Program-made: the position numbers and the translations under genes
The notes under the pieces: model-generated
Databases searched by the model: none
What the model was told of the DNA's origin: nothing
The model's input: the letters and a program-made list of their open reading frames with translations, nothing else
In this document: in pieces, positions 21,000 to 30,292 of the stretch
Layout: each line of letters opens with the position of its first letter
Numbering within the stretch: the stretch's first letter is position 1
NCBI GenBank assembly: GCA_048189345.1
Contig: DBEZGO010000044.1
Location: forward strand, 457 to 64,456
Source of the DNA: Collinsella sp.
GTDB taxonomy: Bacteria > Actinomycetota > Coriobacteriia > Coriobacteriales > Coriobacteriaceae
Length of the DNA stretch: 64,000 nt
Direction: 5' to 3'

Positions 21000-21706
21000 A
21001 AATCCTTGCCATAGCCGATACCGAAGAACGATGCCTTTGGGAGTGCTTTCGCAAGGAACGCTTTGAGGGAGTCGACCTGATTTTGTCCGCCGGCGATCTG
21101 GACCCGGACTATCTTGAGTTTTTGGTTACGGTCATCAACAAACCGCTCATCTACGTGCGTGGCAATCACGATGACCGCTACGCACGTCATGCACCGGGCG
21201 GATGTATCTGCGTAGAAGACAGCGTGTACACGTACCGAGGGATTCGCATTGCGGGCCTTGGCGGGTCCATGCGTTATCGCGACGGCGCCAACATGTACAC
21301 CGAACGCGAGATGTCCAAGCGTATGCGCAAGCTGTCCCGCAAAGTGAGGATGGTCGGCGGCTGCGACGTTCTGCTTACCCATGCACCCGCCGCCGGTATG
21401 GGTGATCTGGACGATCTGCCGCATCGAGGGTTTGAGTGCTTTAACACGGCGCTTGAGTCCTGGGGGGCCGACTACATGGTGCATGGGCATGTACACCAAA
21501 GCTATGGTCGCGACTTTCAACGCGAGCGGCAGCATGTGTGTGGAACGACGATTATCAACGCCTGCGGCTATACGCAGTTTGAGCTCGACCAGACGCGCTA
21601 CCCCATCCGTGGCTGGCAGGCAGCCTGGCTCAATTCTCAAACCATGCGCCGCGAGCTCAAGCGCCACGATGCCATCGAGTCCTCAACAGCCAGAACACCC
21701 TGGTAA
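20996..21706 (+). CDS. Calcineurin-like metallophosphoesterase
   Basis: IADT, AGDL, VRGNHD, LTHAP, HGHVH; ATGA overlap with the upstream gene. Confidence 0.88.
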   Translation: MKILAIADTEERCLWECFRKERFEGVDLILSAGDLDPDYLEFLVTVINKPLIYVRGNHDDRYARHAPGGCICVEDSVYTYRGIRIAGLGGSMRYRDGANMYTEREMSKRMRKLSRKVRMVGGCDVLLTHAPAAGMGDLDDLPHRGFECFNTALESWGADYMVHGHVHQSYGRDFQRERQHVCGTTIINACGYTQFELDQTRYPIRGWQAAWLNSQTMRRELKRHDAIESSTARTPW

Positions 21707-21756
21707 CCGCCATAAAGGGGACACCGTCCCCTTTATGGTGGTTTTGACGCGATAGC

Positions 21757-21796
21757 AAGAAACCCGGTCCTGCACAAGGCAGAACCGGGTTTCTTT
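21757..21796. terminator. Bidirectional terminator between convergent genes
   Basis: AAGAAACCCGGT..ACCGGGTTTCTT. Confidence 0.7.
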
Positions 21797-21831
21797 AGCA
21801 ATGCTTGCTTTGCTCAGGCAGTAACTAGCAG

Positions 21832-22539
21832 TTACTCAGCCAGGAAGTCACGCTGGACAGCGGGATCGACCTTGACGCCAGGGCCCATGGTGGAAGACAC
21901 GGAGATGGACTTGACGTACTTGCCCTTAGCAGAAGAGGGCTTGACGCGCAGGATCTCGGTGTACAGGGCAGCGTAGTTCTCGACGAGCTGCTGCTCAGAG
22001 AAGGACTTCTTGCCCAGGGGCACGTGGCAGATGCCGTAGCGGTCGGCACGATACTCAACGCGGCCGGCCTTGAGCTCGGAGACCATCTTGGCGACGTCCA
22101 TGGTCACGGTGCCGAGCTTAGGGTTCGGCATAAGGCCACGGGGACCAAGGATCTTACCGATGCGGCCAACCTTGGCCATCATGTTCGGCGTAGCGATAGC
22201 GGCGTCGAAGTTGATCTCGCCCTTCTGGATCTGGGCGACAAGCTCGTCGGAACCGATGATGTCGGCGCCGGCAGCCTCGGCCTCGCGGGCCTTCTCGCCC
22301 TCGGCGAAGACGGCAACACGAACGGTCTTGCCGGTGCCGTGGGGCAGGGAGATGGAACCACGGATGTTCTGGTCAGCCTTACGAGTATCGATGCCCAGAC
22401 GGAAGTGGGCCTCGACGGTCTCGTCGAACTTGGCGGTGTCGAGCTCCTTGATGAGCTTGGCAGCCTGAAGGGGGGTGTAGAGCGTGGCGCGGTCGATCTT
22501 CTCGGCAGCGGCGTTATAGCTCTTACCATGCTTAGCCAT
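21832..22539 (-). CDS. rplA: 50S ribosomal protein L1
   Basis: [31 protein letters not shown]. Confidence 0.98.
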   Translation of the reverse strand: MAKHGKSYNAAAEKIDRATLYTPLQAAKLIKELDTAKFDETVEAHFRLGIDTRKADQNIRGSISLPHGTGKTVRVAVFAEGEKAREAEAAGADIIGSDELVAQIQKGEINFDAAIATPNMMAKVGRIGKILGPRGLMPNPKLGTVTMDVAKMVSELKAGRVEYRADRYGICHVPLGKKSFSEQQLVENYAALYTEILRVKPSSAKGKYVKSISVSSTMGPGVKVDPAVQRDFLAE

Positions 22540-22547
22540 GTGCATTA

Positions 22548-22582
22548 CCTCCTGTGGTTAAACGGGCGTGAGCCCTCCCACA
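22548..22582 (-). promoter_or_regulatory. Putative L1-binding translational operator in front of rplA
   Basis: Minus strand GTGGGAGGGCTCACGCCCGTTTAACCACAGGAGG: GGGAG internal-loop hairpin abutting the RBS, as in the Firmicute-type rplK-rplA spacer. Confidence 0.6.
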
Positions 22583-22656
22583 TCGTATCGTGTGCCCTAT
22601 TGCACACATTTAACGGGCGCCCCGGTCGGAGCACCCGCCGTTACCATAAGAAATCG

Positions 22657-23085
22657 CTACTCAGCGATGGTGACGCCCATGGAACGGGCGGTACCGGCGA
22701 TGATCTTCTTGGCGGCGTCAATGTCGTTGGCATTGAGGTCCGGCATCTTGATCTCGGCGATCTTGGTGAGCTGCTCCTGGGAGAGCTGACCAACCTTGTC
22801 AGCCTGGGGCTTAGCGGAACCAGACTTGAGGTTCAGCTCCTTCTTGATAAGGTGAGCCGCCGGCGGGGTCTTGGTGATGAAGGAGAAGGACTTGTCCTCG
22901 TAGACAGAGATCTCAACGGGGATGATGTCACCCTTCTTGTCCTGCGTCTCGGCGTTAAAGGCCTGGCAGAACTGCATGATGTTCACGCCAGCAGCGCCCA
23001 GGGCGGGGCCGACGGGAGGAGCGGGGTTTGCTGCACCAGCAGGAATCTGGAGCTTAATGACGTTGGCAACCTTCTTCTCAGCCAT
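22657..23085 (-). CDS. rplK: 50S ribosomal protein L11
   Basis: [31 protein letters not shown]. Confidence 0.98.
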   Translation of the reverse strand: MAEKKVANVIKLQIPAGAANPAPPVGPALGAAGVNIMQFCQAFNAETQDKKGDIIPVEISVYEDKSFSFITKTPPAAHLIKKELNLKSGSAKPQADKVGQLSQEQLTKIAEIKMPDLNANDIDAAKKIIAGTARSMGVTIAE

Positions 23086-23205
23086 GGTCATTCCTTTCGA
23101 ATCACGAGTGTGAAGTACTTGCTATATCGTAAGCACGCACGTGTTAGAAGCACTCCTGAGATGAGCAGTCACAGAAGAAGCACGCTCGCGCGAACGGACG
23201 AAAAC

Positions 23206-23742
23206 TTAAGCGATGACAGCGACCTGGTTAAAGTCGAGCTCGACCGGCGTCTCGCGGCCAAAGATCATCAGCGTGACCTTGAGCTTGCCAGCCTCGGTGT
23301 TAACCTCGGAGACCTTGCCATCAAAGTCGGTAAGCGGGCCATCGGTGACGCGGACGGACGTACCGACCTCAATATCAACCGAGGTGCGCTTGGGCGAATC
23401 GCCCTTACCGGGACGACGAGTCATCTTGTTGTACTCGTCGCGGGAAAGCGGAGCGGGCTTGCCGTTGCCGCCTAGGAAACCGGTGACGCCAGGCGTGTTA
23501 CGAACACACGTCCAAGCATCGTCATCCATCTCCATGCGGACCAGGACATAACCCGGGAAGATCTTGGAATCCTTGGTCTCACGCTTGCCACCCTCTTTAA
23601 TCTCGGTGACGCGCTCCATAGGAATCTCGATATCAAAGATACGGTCCTGCATGCCCATAGTCTCGATGCGATGCTCGAGATCGGACTTAACGCGGTTCTC
23701 GTATCCAGAGTAAGTGTGAACGACGTACCAACGCTTAGACAT
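23206..23742 (-). CDS. nusG: Transcription elongation factor NusG
   Basis: [41 protein letters not shown]. Confidence 0.98.
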   Translation of the reverse strand: MSKRWYVVHTYSGYENRVKSDLEHRIETMGMQDRIFDIEIPMERVTEIKEGGKRETKDSKIFPGYVLVRMEMDDDAWTCVRNTPGVTGFLGGNGKPAPLSRDEYNKMTRRPGKGDSPKRTSVDIEVGTSVRVTDGPLTDFDGKVSEVNTEAGKLKVTLMIFGRETPVELDFNQVAVIA

Positions 23743-23745
23743 GGT

Positions 23746-24084
23746 TTAGCCCCTCAATCCAGAGAACAGAGCAAGAGCCTCGCCAAAGCCAGCATCGAGC
23801 AGAGCGATGACGACGCCGACGACGATCAGAGAAGCGCAAACAACAACCGAGTAGTTCACGAGCTCCTTCTTATCGGGCCACGTGACACGCTTCATCTCGG
23901 ACTTGACCGAAGCGAAATACTTCTTGGTGCGGGCGAAGAAACCAGGCTTCTCGTTCTTCTTGGACTTCGCAGCCTTCTCGTTCTTCTTGGCAACGGCCTT
24001 CTTGGCCTCAACCTTGGAGTTGGCGGCAGCTTTGTTGGCAGGTGCCGGCTGCTGAGCCTTCTTCTTGTTCTTCTTGTTGGCCAT
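23746..24084 (-). CDS. secE: Preprotein translocase subunit SecE
   Basis: VKSEMKRVTWP followed by one TM; directly upstream of nusG. Confidence 0.95.
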   Translation of the reverse strand: MANKKNKKKAQQPAPANKAAANSKVEAKKAVAKKNEKAAKSKKNEKPGFFARTKKYFASVKSEMKRVTWPDKKELVNYSVVVCASLIVVGVVIALLDAGFGEALALFSGLRG

Positions 24085-24160
24085 TTGGGTTACCTCCGCG
24101 CAATGCGCTTATACATGAGTAAACCGTAAGCCCCCAAGTGGGAGCTTACGGAATAATGAC

Positions 24161-24236
24161 TGGCACGCCAGGAAGGACTCGAACCCTCAACACTCGGTTT
24201 TGGAGACCGATGCTCTACCAATTGAACTACTGGCGT
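24161..24236 (-). tRNA. tRNA-Trp (CCA)
   Basis: Cloverleaf with anticodon arm GGTCTCCAAAACC, GGTTCGAGTCC T-arm and encoded CCA. Confidence 0.95.
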
Positions 24237-24249
24237 ATGTGACTAGAGA

Positions 24250-24399
24250 CTAGCGAGTCTCTTTGTGCAGCGTGTGGTGACGGCACCAGGGGCAATACTT
24301 CTTGATCTCCATACGATCAGGCATGGTCGACTTGTTCTTGGTGGTCGTATAGTTGCGGCGCTTGCACTCAGTGCACGCAAGAGTAACTAGAGTACGCAT
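24250..24399 (-). CDS. rpmG: 50S ribosomal protein L33 (zinc-binding form)
   Basis: Manual translation [49 protein letters not shown]; absent from the ORF track. Confidence 0.96.
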   Translation of the reverse strand: MRTLVTLACTECKRRNYTTTKNKSTMPDRMEIKKYCPWCRHHTLHKETR

Positions 24400-24615
24400 G
24401 TATCCTGAACCTTTCATTTCCGCCCCGTACGGGCACGAATTGTTACTTTATCAGCTCCACGTAAGTGCTGTCAATGAAAACCTCGAGTCAATTGGTTCTC
24501 GGTGGATCCATTCATATTTGGAACACATCAATGAAGCCATCGAGAGCTAATCGACGGTGCATCCAGGACCATTATCGATCCTCTCGACACCAGCAACGGC
24601 TCAACATCCATTGCA

Positions 24616-24652
24616 GAAAAGAACCCGGCACCCATATAAGTGCCGGGTTCTC
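24616..24652 (-). terminator. Intrinsic terminator after tuf
   Basis: AGAACCCGGCAC / GTGCCGGGTTCT stem with a T tract on the minus strand. Confidence 0.75.
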
Positions 24653-24678
24653 TAAGTCAGCTATATCAAAGAGCTAAT

Positions 24679-25869
24679 TTACTCAATGATCGTGGAGACG
24701 ATGCCCGAACCGACGGTGTGGCCACCCTCGCGGATAGCGAAGCGCAGGCCCTCCTCCATGGCGATCGGGTGGATGAGGTCGCCCTCGATGGTGATGTGGT
24801 CACCAGGCATAGCCATCTCGGTGCCCTCGGGGAGCTTGACCGTACCGGTAACGTCGGTGGTACGGAAGTAGAACTGAGGACGATAACCATCGAAGAACGG
24901 GGTGTGACGGCCGCCCTCCTCCTTGGTCAGAACGTAGATCTCGCCGGTGAACTTGGTGTGCGGGGTAACCGAACCGGGCTTGCAGAGAACCTGGCCGCGC
25001 TCGATGTCCTCGCGCTTGATGCCGCGGAGCAGCAGACCGACGTTGTCGCCAGCCTCGCAGAAGTCCATGGACTTACGGAACATCTCGATACCGGTAACGA
25101 CGGTGTTCTGGGTATCCTTGATGCCGACGATCTCGACGGGCTCGTTGAGCTTGAGCTCACCGCGCTCGACACGGCCGGTAGCAACGGTACCACGGCCGGA
25201 GATGGTCATAACATCCTCAACGGCCATCAGGAACGGGAGGTCGTTGTTACGAGCAGGCGTCGGGATGTACTCGTCGACGGCCTTCATGAGCTCGCGAATG
25301 GCGTCCATCCACTTGGCGTCGCCCTCGAGAGCGCCCAGAGCGGAACCACGGATGACGGGGATGTCGTCGCCGGGGAAATCGTACTCGGAGAGGAGCTCAC
25401 GGGTCTCCATCTCGACGAGGTCGATGAGCTCGTCATCGTCGACCATGTCGCACTTGTTCAGGAAGACGACGATGTAGGGAACGCCGACCTGACGGGCGAG
25501 CAGGATGTGCTCGCGGGTCTGAGCCATGGGGCCGTCGGTAGCGGCGATAACCAGGATAGCGCCGTCCATCTGAGCAGCGCCGGAGATCATGTTCTTGACG
25601 TAGTCAGCGTGGCCCGGGCAGTCAACGTGAGCGTAGTGACGGGCAGCGGTCTCGTACTCAACGTGGGAGACGGAGATCGTAATGCCGCGCTCGCGCTCCT
25701 CGGGAGCCTTGTCGATGTTCTCGAACGCAGTGAAGTCAGCCTTGCAGCCCTCGGTCTCGGAGAGAACCTTGGTGATGGCAGCGGTCAGCGTGGTCTTGCC
25801 GTGGTCGACGTGACCAATGGTGCCGATGTTAACATGCGGCTTAGTGCGCTCAAACTTCTCTTTGGCCAT
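24679..25869 (-). CDS. tuf: Elongation factor Tu
   Basis: [39 protein letters not shown]. Confidence 0.99.
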   Translation of the reverse strand: MAKEKFERTKPHVNIGTIGHVDHGKTTLTAAITKVLSETEGCKADFTAFENIDKAPEERERGITISVSHVEYETAARHYAHVDCPGHADYVKNMISGAAQMDGAILVIAATDGPMAQTREHILLARQVGVPYIVVFLNKCDMVDDDELIDLVEMETRELLSEYDFPGDDIPVIRGSALGALEGDAKWMDAIRELMKAVDEYIPTPARNNDLPFLMAVEDVMTISGRGTVATGRVERGELKLNEPVEIVGIKDTQNTVVTGIEMFRKSMDFCEAGDNVGLLLRGIKREDIERGQVLCKPGSVTPHTKFTGEIYVLTKEEGGRHTPFFDGYRPQFYFRTTDVTGTVKLPEGTEMAMPGDHITIEGDLIHPIAMEEGLRFAIREGGHTVGSGIVSTIIE

Positions 25870-25965
25870 AAAGCCCTCCTCTAAACAGGTCGTCCCCGGA
25901 CGGGACTTTGCCTTTATACCATAGTGGCCTCTCAACATACTATTGAGAAGCCACCGTGTTACCTA

Positions 25966-26042
25966 TGGTAGCGGTGACTGGATTCGAACCAGTGACGCCA
26001 CGGGTATGAACCGTGTGCTCTAACCAACTGAGCTACACCGCC
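25966..26042 (-). tRNA. tRNA-Met (CAT), elongator type
   Basis: GGCGGTGTAGCTCAG..CGGTTCATACCCG..GGTTCGAATCC..ACCA. Confidence 0.9.
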
Positions 26043-26045
26043 GGA

Positions 26046-26121
26046 TGGAGCCTGCAACCAGACTTGAACTGGTGACCTCTTCGTTACCAACGAAGTGCTC
26101 TACCGACTGAGCTATACAGGC
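26046..26121 (-). tRNA. tRNA-Thr (GGT)
   Basis: Anticodon arm CTTCGTTGGTAACGAAG; CCA end. Confidence 0.95.
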
Positions 26122-26131
26122 ACTTGACGGG

Positions 26132-26213
26132 TGGGAGCTATAGGATTCGAACCTATGTAGGCAGAGCCAACGGGTTTACAGCCCGTCCCCATTAACCACT
26201 CGGGCAAACTCCC
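26132..26213 (-). tRNA. tRNA-Tyr (GTA); CCA not fully encoded
   Basis: Anticodon arm ACGGGCTGTAAACCCGT, long variable arm; 3' end reads A-CCC. Confidence 0.93.
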
Positions 26214-26637
26214 AATCGTTCAAGTATCCGCAGGTCCTTTGGTCTTTTGGACCGCCGCCCCCGCGAACGAAAAAGATAATACGATGCAACCTTGGGGGCT
26301 GTCAACGAAAACCTCTAGATACACGGTGCCGGGCGTATCTATATAGCTGTGACCTGCGGTTTTGTTGAGTTTGGATATGAAGGACGGTGGTTTTGAATAC
26401 TGAGGTGACGTTTCCCGAGGTAACACTTTGGTGTAGTGGAGTACACCTTCAGGATCGAACTTCGATAATGGCTTATTTGCACCTATATATAGGTCGAGAT
26501 CGGGGCTTCCCAGACAGAATCGAGCGTGGATAATCTCCCACTTTTGGCGTGGCTTCGAGTCCAAAGTGGGAGATTATCCACCCTCGTATGTCCGGAAATC
26601 CTCACTCGACCAGGATGACTGGGACCGGTCCGGCCTT

Positions 26638-26856
26638 TGTCTCGATCTGTAACAGTAAGAGGGTTATTCCTCCCCCATCTGTTACAGATCGAGATATTAC
26701 GCAGAGACACCAGCTTACGTCTCATTCTGTAACAGTAAGAACGGTTTCAGCCTCTTCGTGTTACAGATCGAGATATTATCGGCCAACCCTTGGCATTGTC
26801 TCAATCTGTAACTATAAGGAGGGTTTTCAGCCCACCCGTGTTACAGATCGAGACAA
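26638..26856. repeat. Array of three ~80-bp units, each with ~16-bp inverted arms (GTCTCGATCTGTAAC / GTTACAGATCGAGA)
   Basis: Forward arms at 26639, 26719, 26798; reverse arms at about 26680, 26759, 26839. Confidence 0.88.
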
Positions 26857-26948
26857 ACCTGAAGCTTGGTGGGAGTCAAACCCGCTTACATGTCGACATA
26901 AATAGAAACGGGCCCTGTCCCAATTGGAGACAGAGCCCGAAACTCTCA

Positions 26949-27023
26949 TGGAGCCAGTGACAGGAATCGAACCTGCAACCCACTGATTACAAATCAGTTG
27001 CGCTACCGTTGCGCCACACTGGC
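26949..27023 (-). tRNA. tRNA-Thr (TGT)
   Basis: Anticodon arm ACTGATTTGTAATCAGT; GGTTCGATTCC; CCA end. Confidence 0.95.
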
Positions 27024-27114
27024 ACACTTGGCGCTTTCACGCGAAGCCAGTTAAGAATAAAGGAATTGCCGACGAGGCGCAACAGGCCCTTCACCCGACC
27101 ACATCTCAAAACCA

Positions 27115-27175
27115 TTCGTCAGAACGAATAGTTTTAATTACAATTGCTATATATAAAACTATTCGTTCTGACGAA
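27115..27175. promoter_or_regulatory. Perfect 22-bp inverted repeat around an AT-rich promoter; candidate autoregulatory operator
   Basis: TTCGTCAGAACGAATAGTTTTA (27115-27136) and its exact reverse complement (27154-27175), ending 10 bp before ATG 27186. Confidence 0.75.
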
Positions 27176-27185
27176 GGGTTTCGCG

Positions 27186-28526
27186 ATGCTTACTACCAAG
27201 GAAGCAGCCGAACTGCTCGGCATCACTCCGCGCAGGGTGCAGGAGCTCATAAAAAACGGAGCACTTGAGGCCCGCAAGGCTTCTGGTGTATGGCTCATCG
27301 ACAAAGACAGCGTCGACACGCGACTCCGCTCCGTGACCAAAACGGGGGGACGTCCCCGCCGCGGCCACGGTAAGAGCGAGATCGCGTTCACCCTCATGAA
27401 TCGCACGCACGAAGTCGCTCAGCTGGTCTACAGCACATCTCGAAAAGACTTTACCCACATCGGCGCTGACATCGATTACGCCCACGCCCCTATTGGAGTA
27501 TTTGGCCCTAATAGCCCCATATCGCTCGACTCCTTCCGCATCTGGTGGCGCGGCCGCGGTATCCCGCTCGCACGCATTGGGCTAGCCTCCCTGCTTGCAG
27601 AAGCCGCAGTCGATGTTCCCGATGAACTCGTCCAGCGAAATCTTGGCCTCTCCCTATCCGACCAGTATTGGATTAGACCCCAAGATTCCGGTCTCGCCTG
27701 GGAGGATATCAACTTCTTCAATAACGCCTTTGATGACGTCTCGCTGTCCATTGCGCCCTTTGCCCCAGAGGGAAAAGCGGCTGCCGCAAAGCCCGATAAC
27801 ACCTCGGACGGCAATCTTCAAAAGTACTGGACGTGCGAGGGCGGGCGTCGAATTCTGCATAAGGCAGGAGCGCACCTGAACCAGGAACCTTATAACGAGC
27901 TGGTGGCGACCGCGCTCCACCGTCGCATCCTAAACGCCTGCGATTACGTGCCTTACTCGCTCGAGGGCACGGGCACTTCCGCCCTGAGCATATGCGATGT
28001 CTTCTTAACTGATGAAGAAGAGTATGTCCCTGCGTTCTATGTAAACCAGCACGCAAACGCAGATGAACGGCTAACCGACTACGAGCGATATGTAGCAAAT
28101 TGCGAGGAGCTCGGGGTGGCAGGCGTTAAGGATGCCCTTGACCGCATGATCGTATGCGACGACATCATCGCCAACTACGATCGTCATTGGCGCAACTTCG
28201 GCCTCGTGCGAAACGTCAACTCACTGGCCTGCAGACCAGCCCCCATCTTCGATTCGGGCTCATCGCTCTGGTGCAACATATCTCTAGAGGAGCTTAGGGC
28301 AGGAGAGCACAGTTTTGCCAGCGCGCAGTTCCATTCAAGTCCCGCGAAACAAATGTTGCTTGTTGAGGATATGAGCTGGTTTGACGGGGGCAAACTCGAA
28401 GGTTTTGTCGACGAGGCAATCGAGATTCTGTCTAAAAACGATGCCCTAGCAGCGAGACTGCCTTATCTAAAAGAGGCGCTAACGTGGCGCCTCGAAAGAA
28501 TGATCGACATCGCTGAATGGAGTTAG
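27186..28526 (+). CDS. Excisionase-type HTH fused to a HipA/CtkA-like kinase
   Basis: MLTTKEAAELLGITPRRVQELIKNGAL (HTH_17-like); SDGNLQKYW, EPYNE, NYDRHWRNFG, APIFDSGSSL kinase motifs. Confidence 0.82.
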   Translation: MLTTKEAAELLGITPRRVQELIKNGALEARKASGVWLIDKDSVDTRLRSVTKTGGRPRRGHGKSEIAFTLMNRTHEVAQLVYSTSRKDFTHIGADIDYAHAPIGVFGPNSPISLDSFRIWWRGRGIPLARIGLASLLAEAAVDVPDELVQRNLGLSLSDQYWIRPQDSGLAWEDINFFNNAFDDVSLSIAPFAPEGKAAAAKPDNTSDGNLQKYWTCEGGRRILHKAGAHLNQEPYNELVATALHRRILNACDYVPYSLEGTGTSALSICDVFLTDEEEYVPAFYVNQHANADERLTDYERYVANCEELGVAGVKDALDRMIVCDDIIANYDRHWRNFGLVRNVNSLACRPAPIFDSGSSLWCNISLEELRAGEHSFASAQFHSSPAKQMLLVEDMSWFDGGKLEGFVDEAIEILSKNDALAARLPYLKEALTWRLERMIDIAEWS

Positions 28527-28553
28527 CAAGGCAGCATTGCCCCGCCAACTCCC

Positions 28554-29231
28554 CTACCGTCCGCGCAGGGCCTTGAGCTTGGCCAGGGCATCGGGACTCA
28601 GGCGGCTGCCCAGAGTCATCTTAATCTGCGGAGCTTCCTCTGCCTCGTGAACGTCGTTATCGATCTGTTTGATCTCGTCCACCAGCATACGGCTCGAGAT
28701 GCGCGTGACGCCCTTGCCCATGACAACGGCCTGTATTGTGCCGTCGCTCGATACCACGGAGCACGCGCGGCCTTCCTCACGTGCCTCGATGCAGAGCTTC
28801 TGCACCACGGTATCGGCCGAAACACCCGTCGGCGAAAACTCAATGCGCACACCGCGGGCCGGTAGGTTGGGGCGCTCGCTGGAGATATTGCCCGCGCCGT
28901 CAAATACGATCACAGCCTCGTAGCGGCCCTGGGCAAACGCAGCTACGTCATTAATGAGCGCCGTGCGCGCCATATCGTGAACGTCGCTGGAATACGGATC
29001 GTCAGAATGGTCGTACACGAGCTTTTCGTAGCGCGGCGTACAGTGGATCACGTTGTAGCCGTCGACCACCAGCAGCTCGGGCTTGTTGGAGTGCACCGTC
29101 GAGACCGGATCGGCGATGGCCTGCGCAAACGCATTGCCGCCCACGCCATAGGTCGCGGCCGAAACAATCGGCTTGGCCGAGCCCTCGCCAAAGCGCTTGG
29201 CCTTGGACTTGGCGCGGTTCTTTTTGGACAT
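28554..29231 (-). CDS. NYN-domain ribonuclease (YacP/Rae1-like)
   Basis: LVVDGYNVI, IVFDG, SADTVV, VVSSD; follows rlmB. Confidence 0.88.
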   Translation of the reverse strand: MSKKNRAKSKAKRFGEGSAKPIVSAATYGVGGNAFAQAIADPVSTVHSNKPELLVVDGYNVIHCTPRYEKLVYDHSDDPYSSDVHDMARTALINDVAAFAQGRYEAVIVFDGAGNISSERPNLPARGVRIEFSPTGVSADTVVQKLCIEAREEGRACSVVSSDGTIQAVVMGKGVTRISSRMLVDEIKQIDNDVHEAEEAPQIKMTLGSRLSPDALAKLKALRGR

Positions 29232-29234
29232 GCG

Positions 29235-30149
29235 CTACTCCTCCCCCATGAGCTCGCCGGCGTTGCGGCGCAGCCACTCAAAGCACAGCGCCGTGGTCGC
29301 CTGGGCAACATTGAGGCTCTCGGTCATGCCGCGCTGGGGAAGCTTGGCCAAAAAGTCGCATTTCTCGAGCACCAGGCGCGAGATGCCGTCGCCCTCGGAG
29401 CCCATGACGAGCGCCACGCGGCCCTCGAAGGGAGCATCCCAGCAACTGCCTTCGGCGTGCTCGGAGGCACCGCCCACCCAAAAGCCAGCGTCCTTAAGAT
29501 CGTCGAGTGCGCGGGCGATGTTGGGCACCTGCGCGATAGGCAGATGCATGACGGCGCCGGCTGAAGTCTTGTAGCTGCCCACGGTCACGCCGGCGGCGCG
29601 CTTGTTGGCGATGATGACGCCGGCCGCGCCCACAACCTCGGCGGAACGCACGATGGCACCAAAGTTGCCGTCGTCAGTCACATGGTCGAGCACGACGACG
29701 AGCGCCGGTCCGTCACCCGCGCGGTCGAGGATGTCGGCGACATCGGCGTAAGGGAAGTTACCAACCTCGAGCGCGATACCCTGGTGAGCGCCATGGCTCG
29801 ACAGTGCGTCGAGCTGCGCGCGCGGCACATACTTGATGCGGACGCCCGCAGCGTTGAGGTCGTCGACCAGGCGCGACAAGGCGGCATCGCGCTCCCCGCC
29901 CTCGGCAATGAGCGCGCACTTGATGGGAAAACCGGTGCGCAGCGCCTCGGCAGCAGCACGGCGACCCTCGATGAACTCACCCTTGGGAGCCTGGGCAGCG
30001 TCGCGGTTGCGATCGCGCTGCGGACGTGCGGCCTGGGTGCGATCGCGCTGGCCCTTGGGAGCGGCAGCGCGGTCATTGCGGCGAATCGGACGCGAGCCAG
30101 AAGCGGCCTGTTTGCCTCCACGCGGTACACGCTTGCGATTGTCGGCCAT
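29235..30149 (-). CDS. rlmB: 23S rRNA Gm2251 methyltransferase RlmB
   Basis: HQGI, LDHVTDDGNFGAIVRSA, MGSEGDG, ESLNVA SPOUT motifs. Confidence 0.92.
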   Translation of the reverse strand: MADNRKRVPRGGKQAASGSRPIRRNDRAAAPKGQRDRTQAARPQRDRNRDAAQAPKGEFIEGRRAAAEALRTGFPIKCALIAEGGERDAALSRLVDDLNAAGVRIKYVPRAQLDALSSHGAHQGIALEVGNFPYADVADILDRAGDGPALVVVLDHVTDDGNFGAIVRSAEVVGAAGVIIANKRAAGVTVGSYKTSAGAVMHLPIAQVPNIARALDDLKDAGFWVGGASEHAEGSCWDAPFEGRVALVMGSEGDGISRLVLEKCDFLAKLPQRGMTESLNVAQATTALCFEWLRRNAGELMGEE

Positions 30150-30292
30150 AAAACGGCCTCCTTAAATAGATAACGAACAAGAATCGACCGTCCGAGCCAC
30201 GGCACCTTGCCTTTCAATCGTCGGGCATGACCACCAGGTCTATGCCTTCCCCTTTCAAGGCAATCTGCCACACCTCGAACGGTCGACAAATA

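Noticed and set aside
22024..25884. ORFs 22024-23475 and 24640-25884
   Set aside because: Antisense to rplA/rplK/nusG and tuf
26638..26856. Possible CRISPR array
   Set aside because: Repeats alternate in orientation, spacers resemble each other, there are only three units and no cas genes; kept as an inverted-repeat array
26220..26905. Small ORFs in the tRNA spacer (26220-26564, 26483-26725, 26549-26905)
   Set aside because: No RBS or family motifs seen; the repeated VTDRD peptide comes from the DNA repeats, whose 79-80-bp period is not a multiple of three
27023..28553. Prophage or integrative element at tRNA-Thr, suggested by the excisionase-like HTH
   Set aside because: No integrase, no duplicated tRNA-Thr 3' end found, and the gene lies on the 5' side of the tRNA
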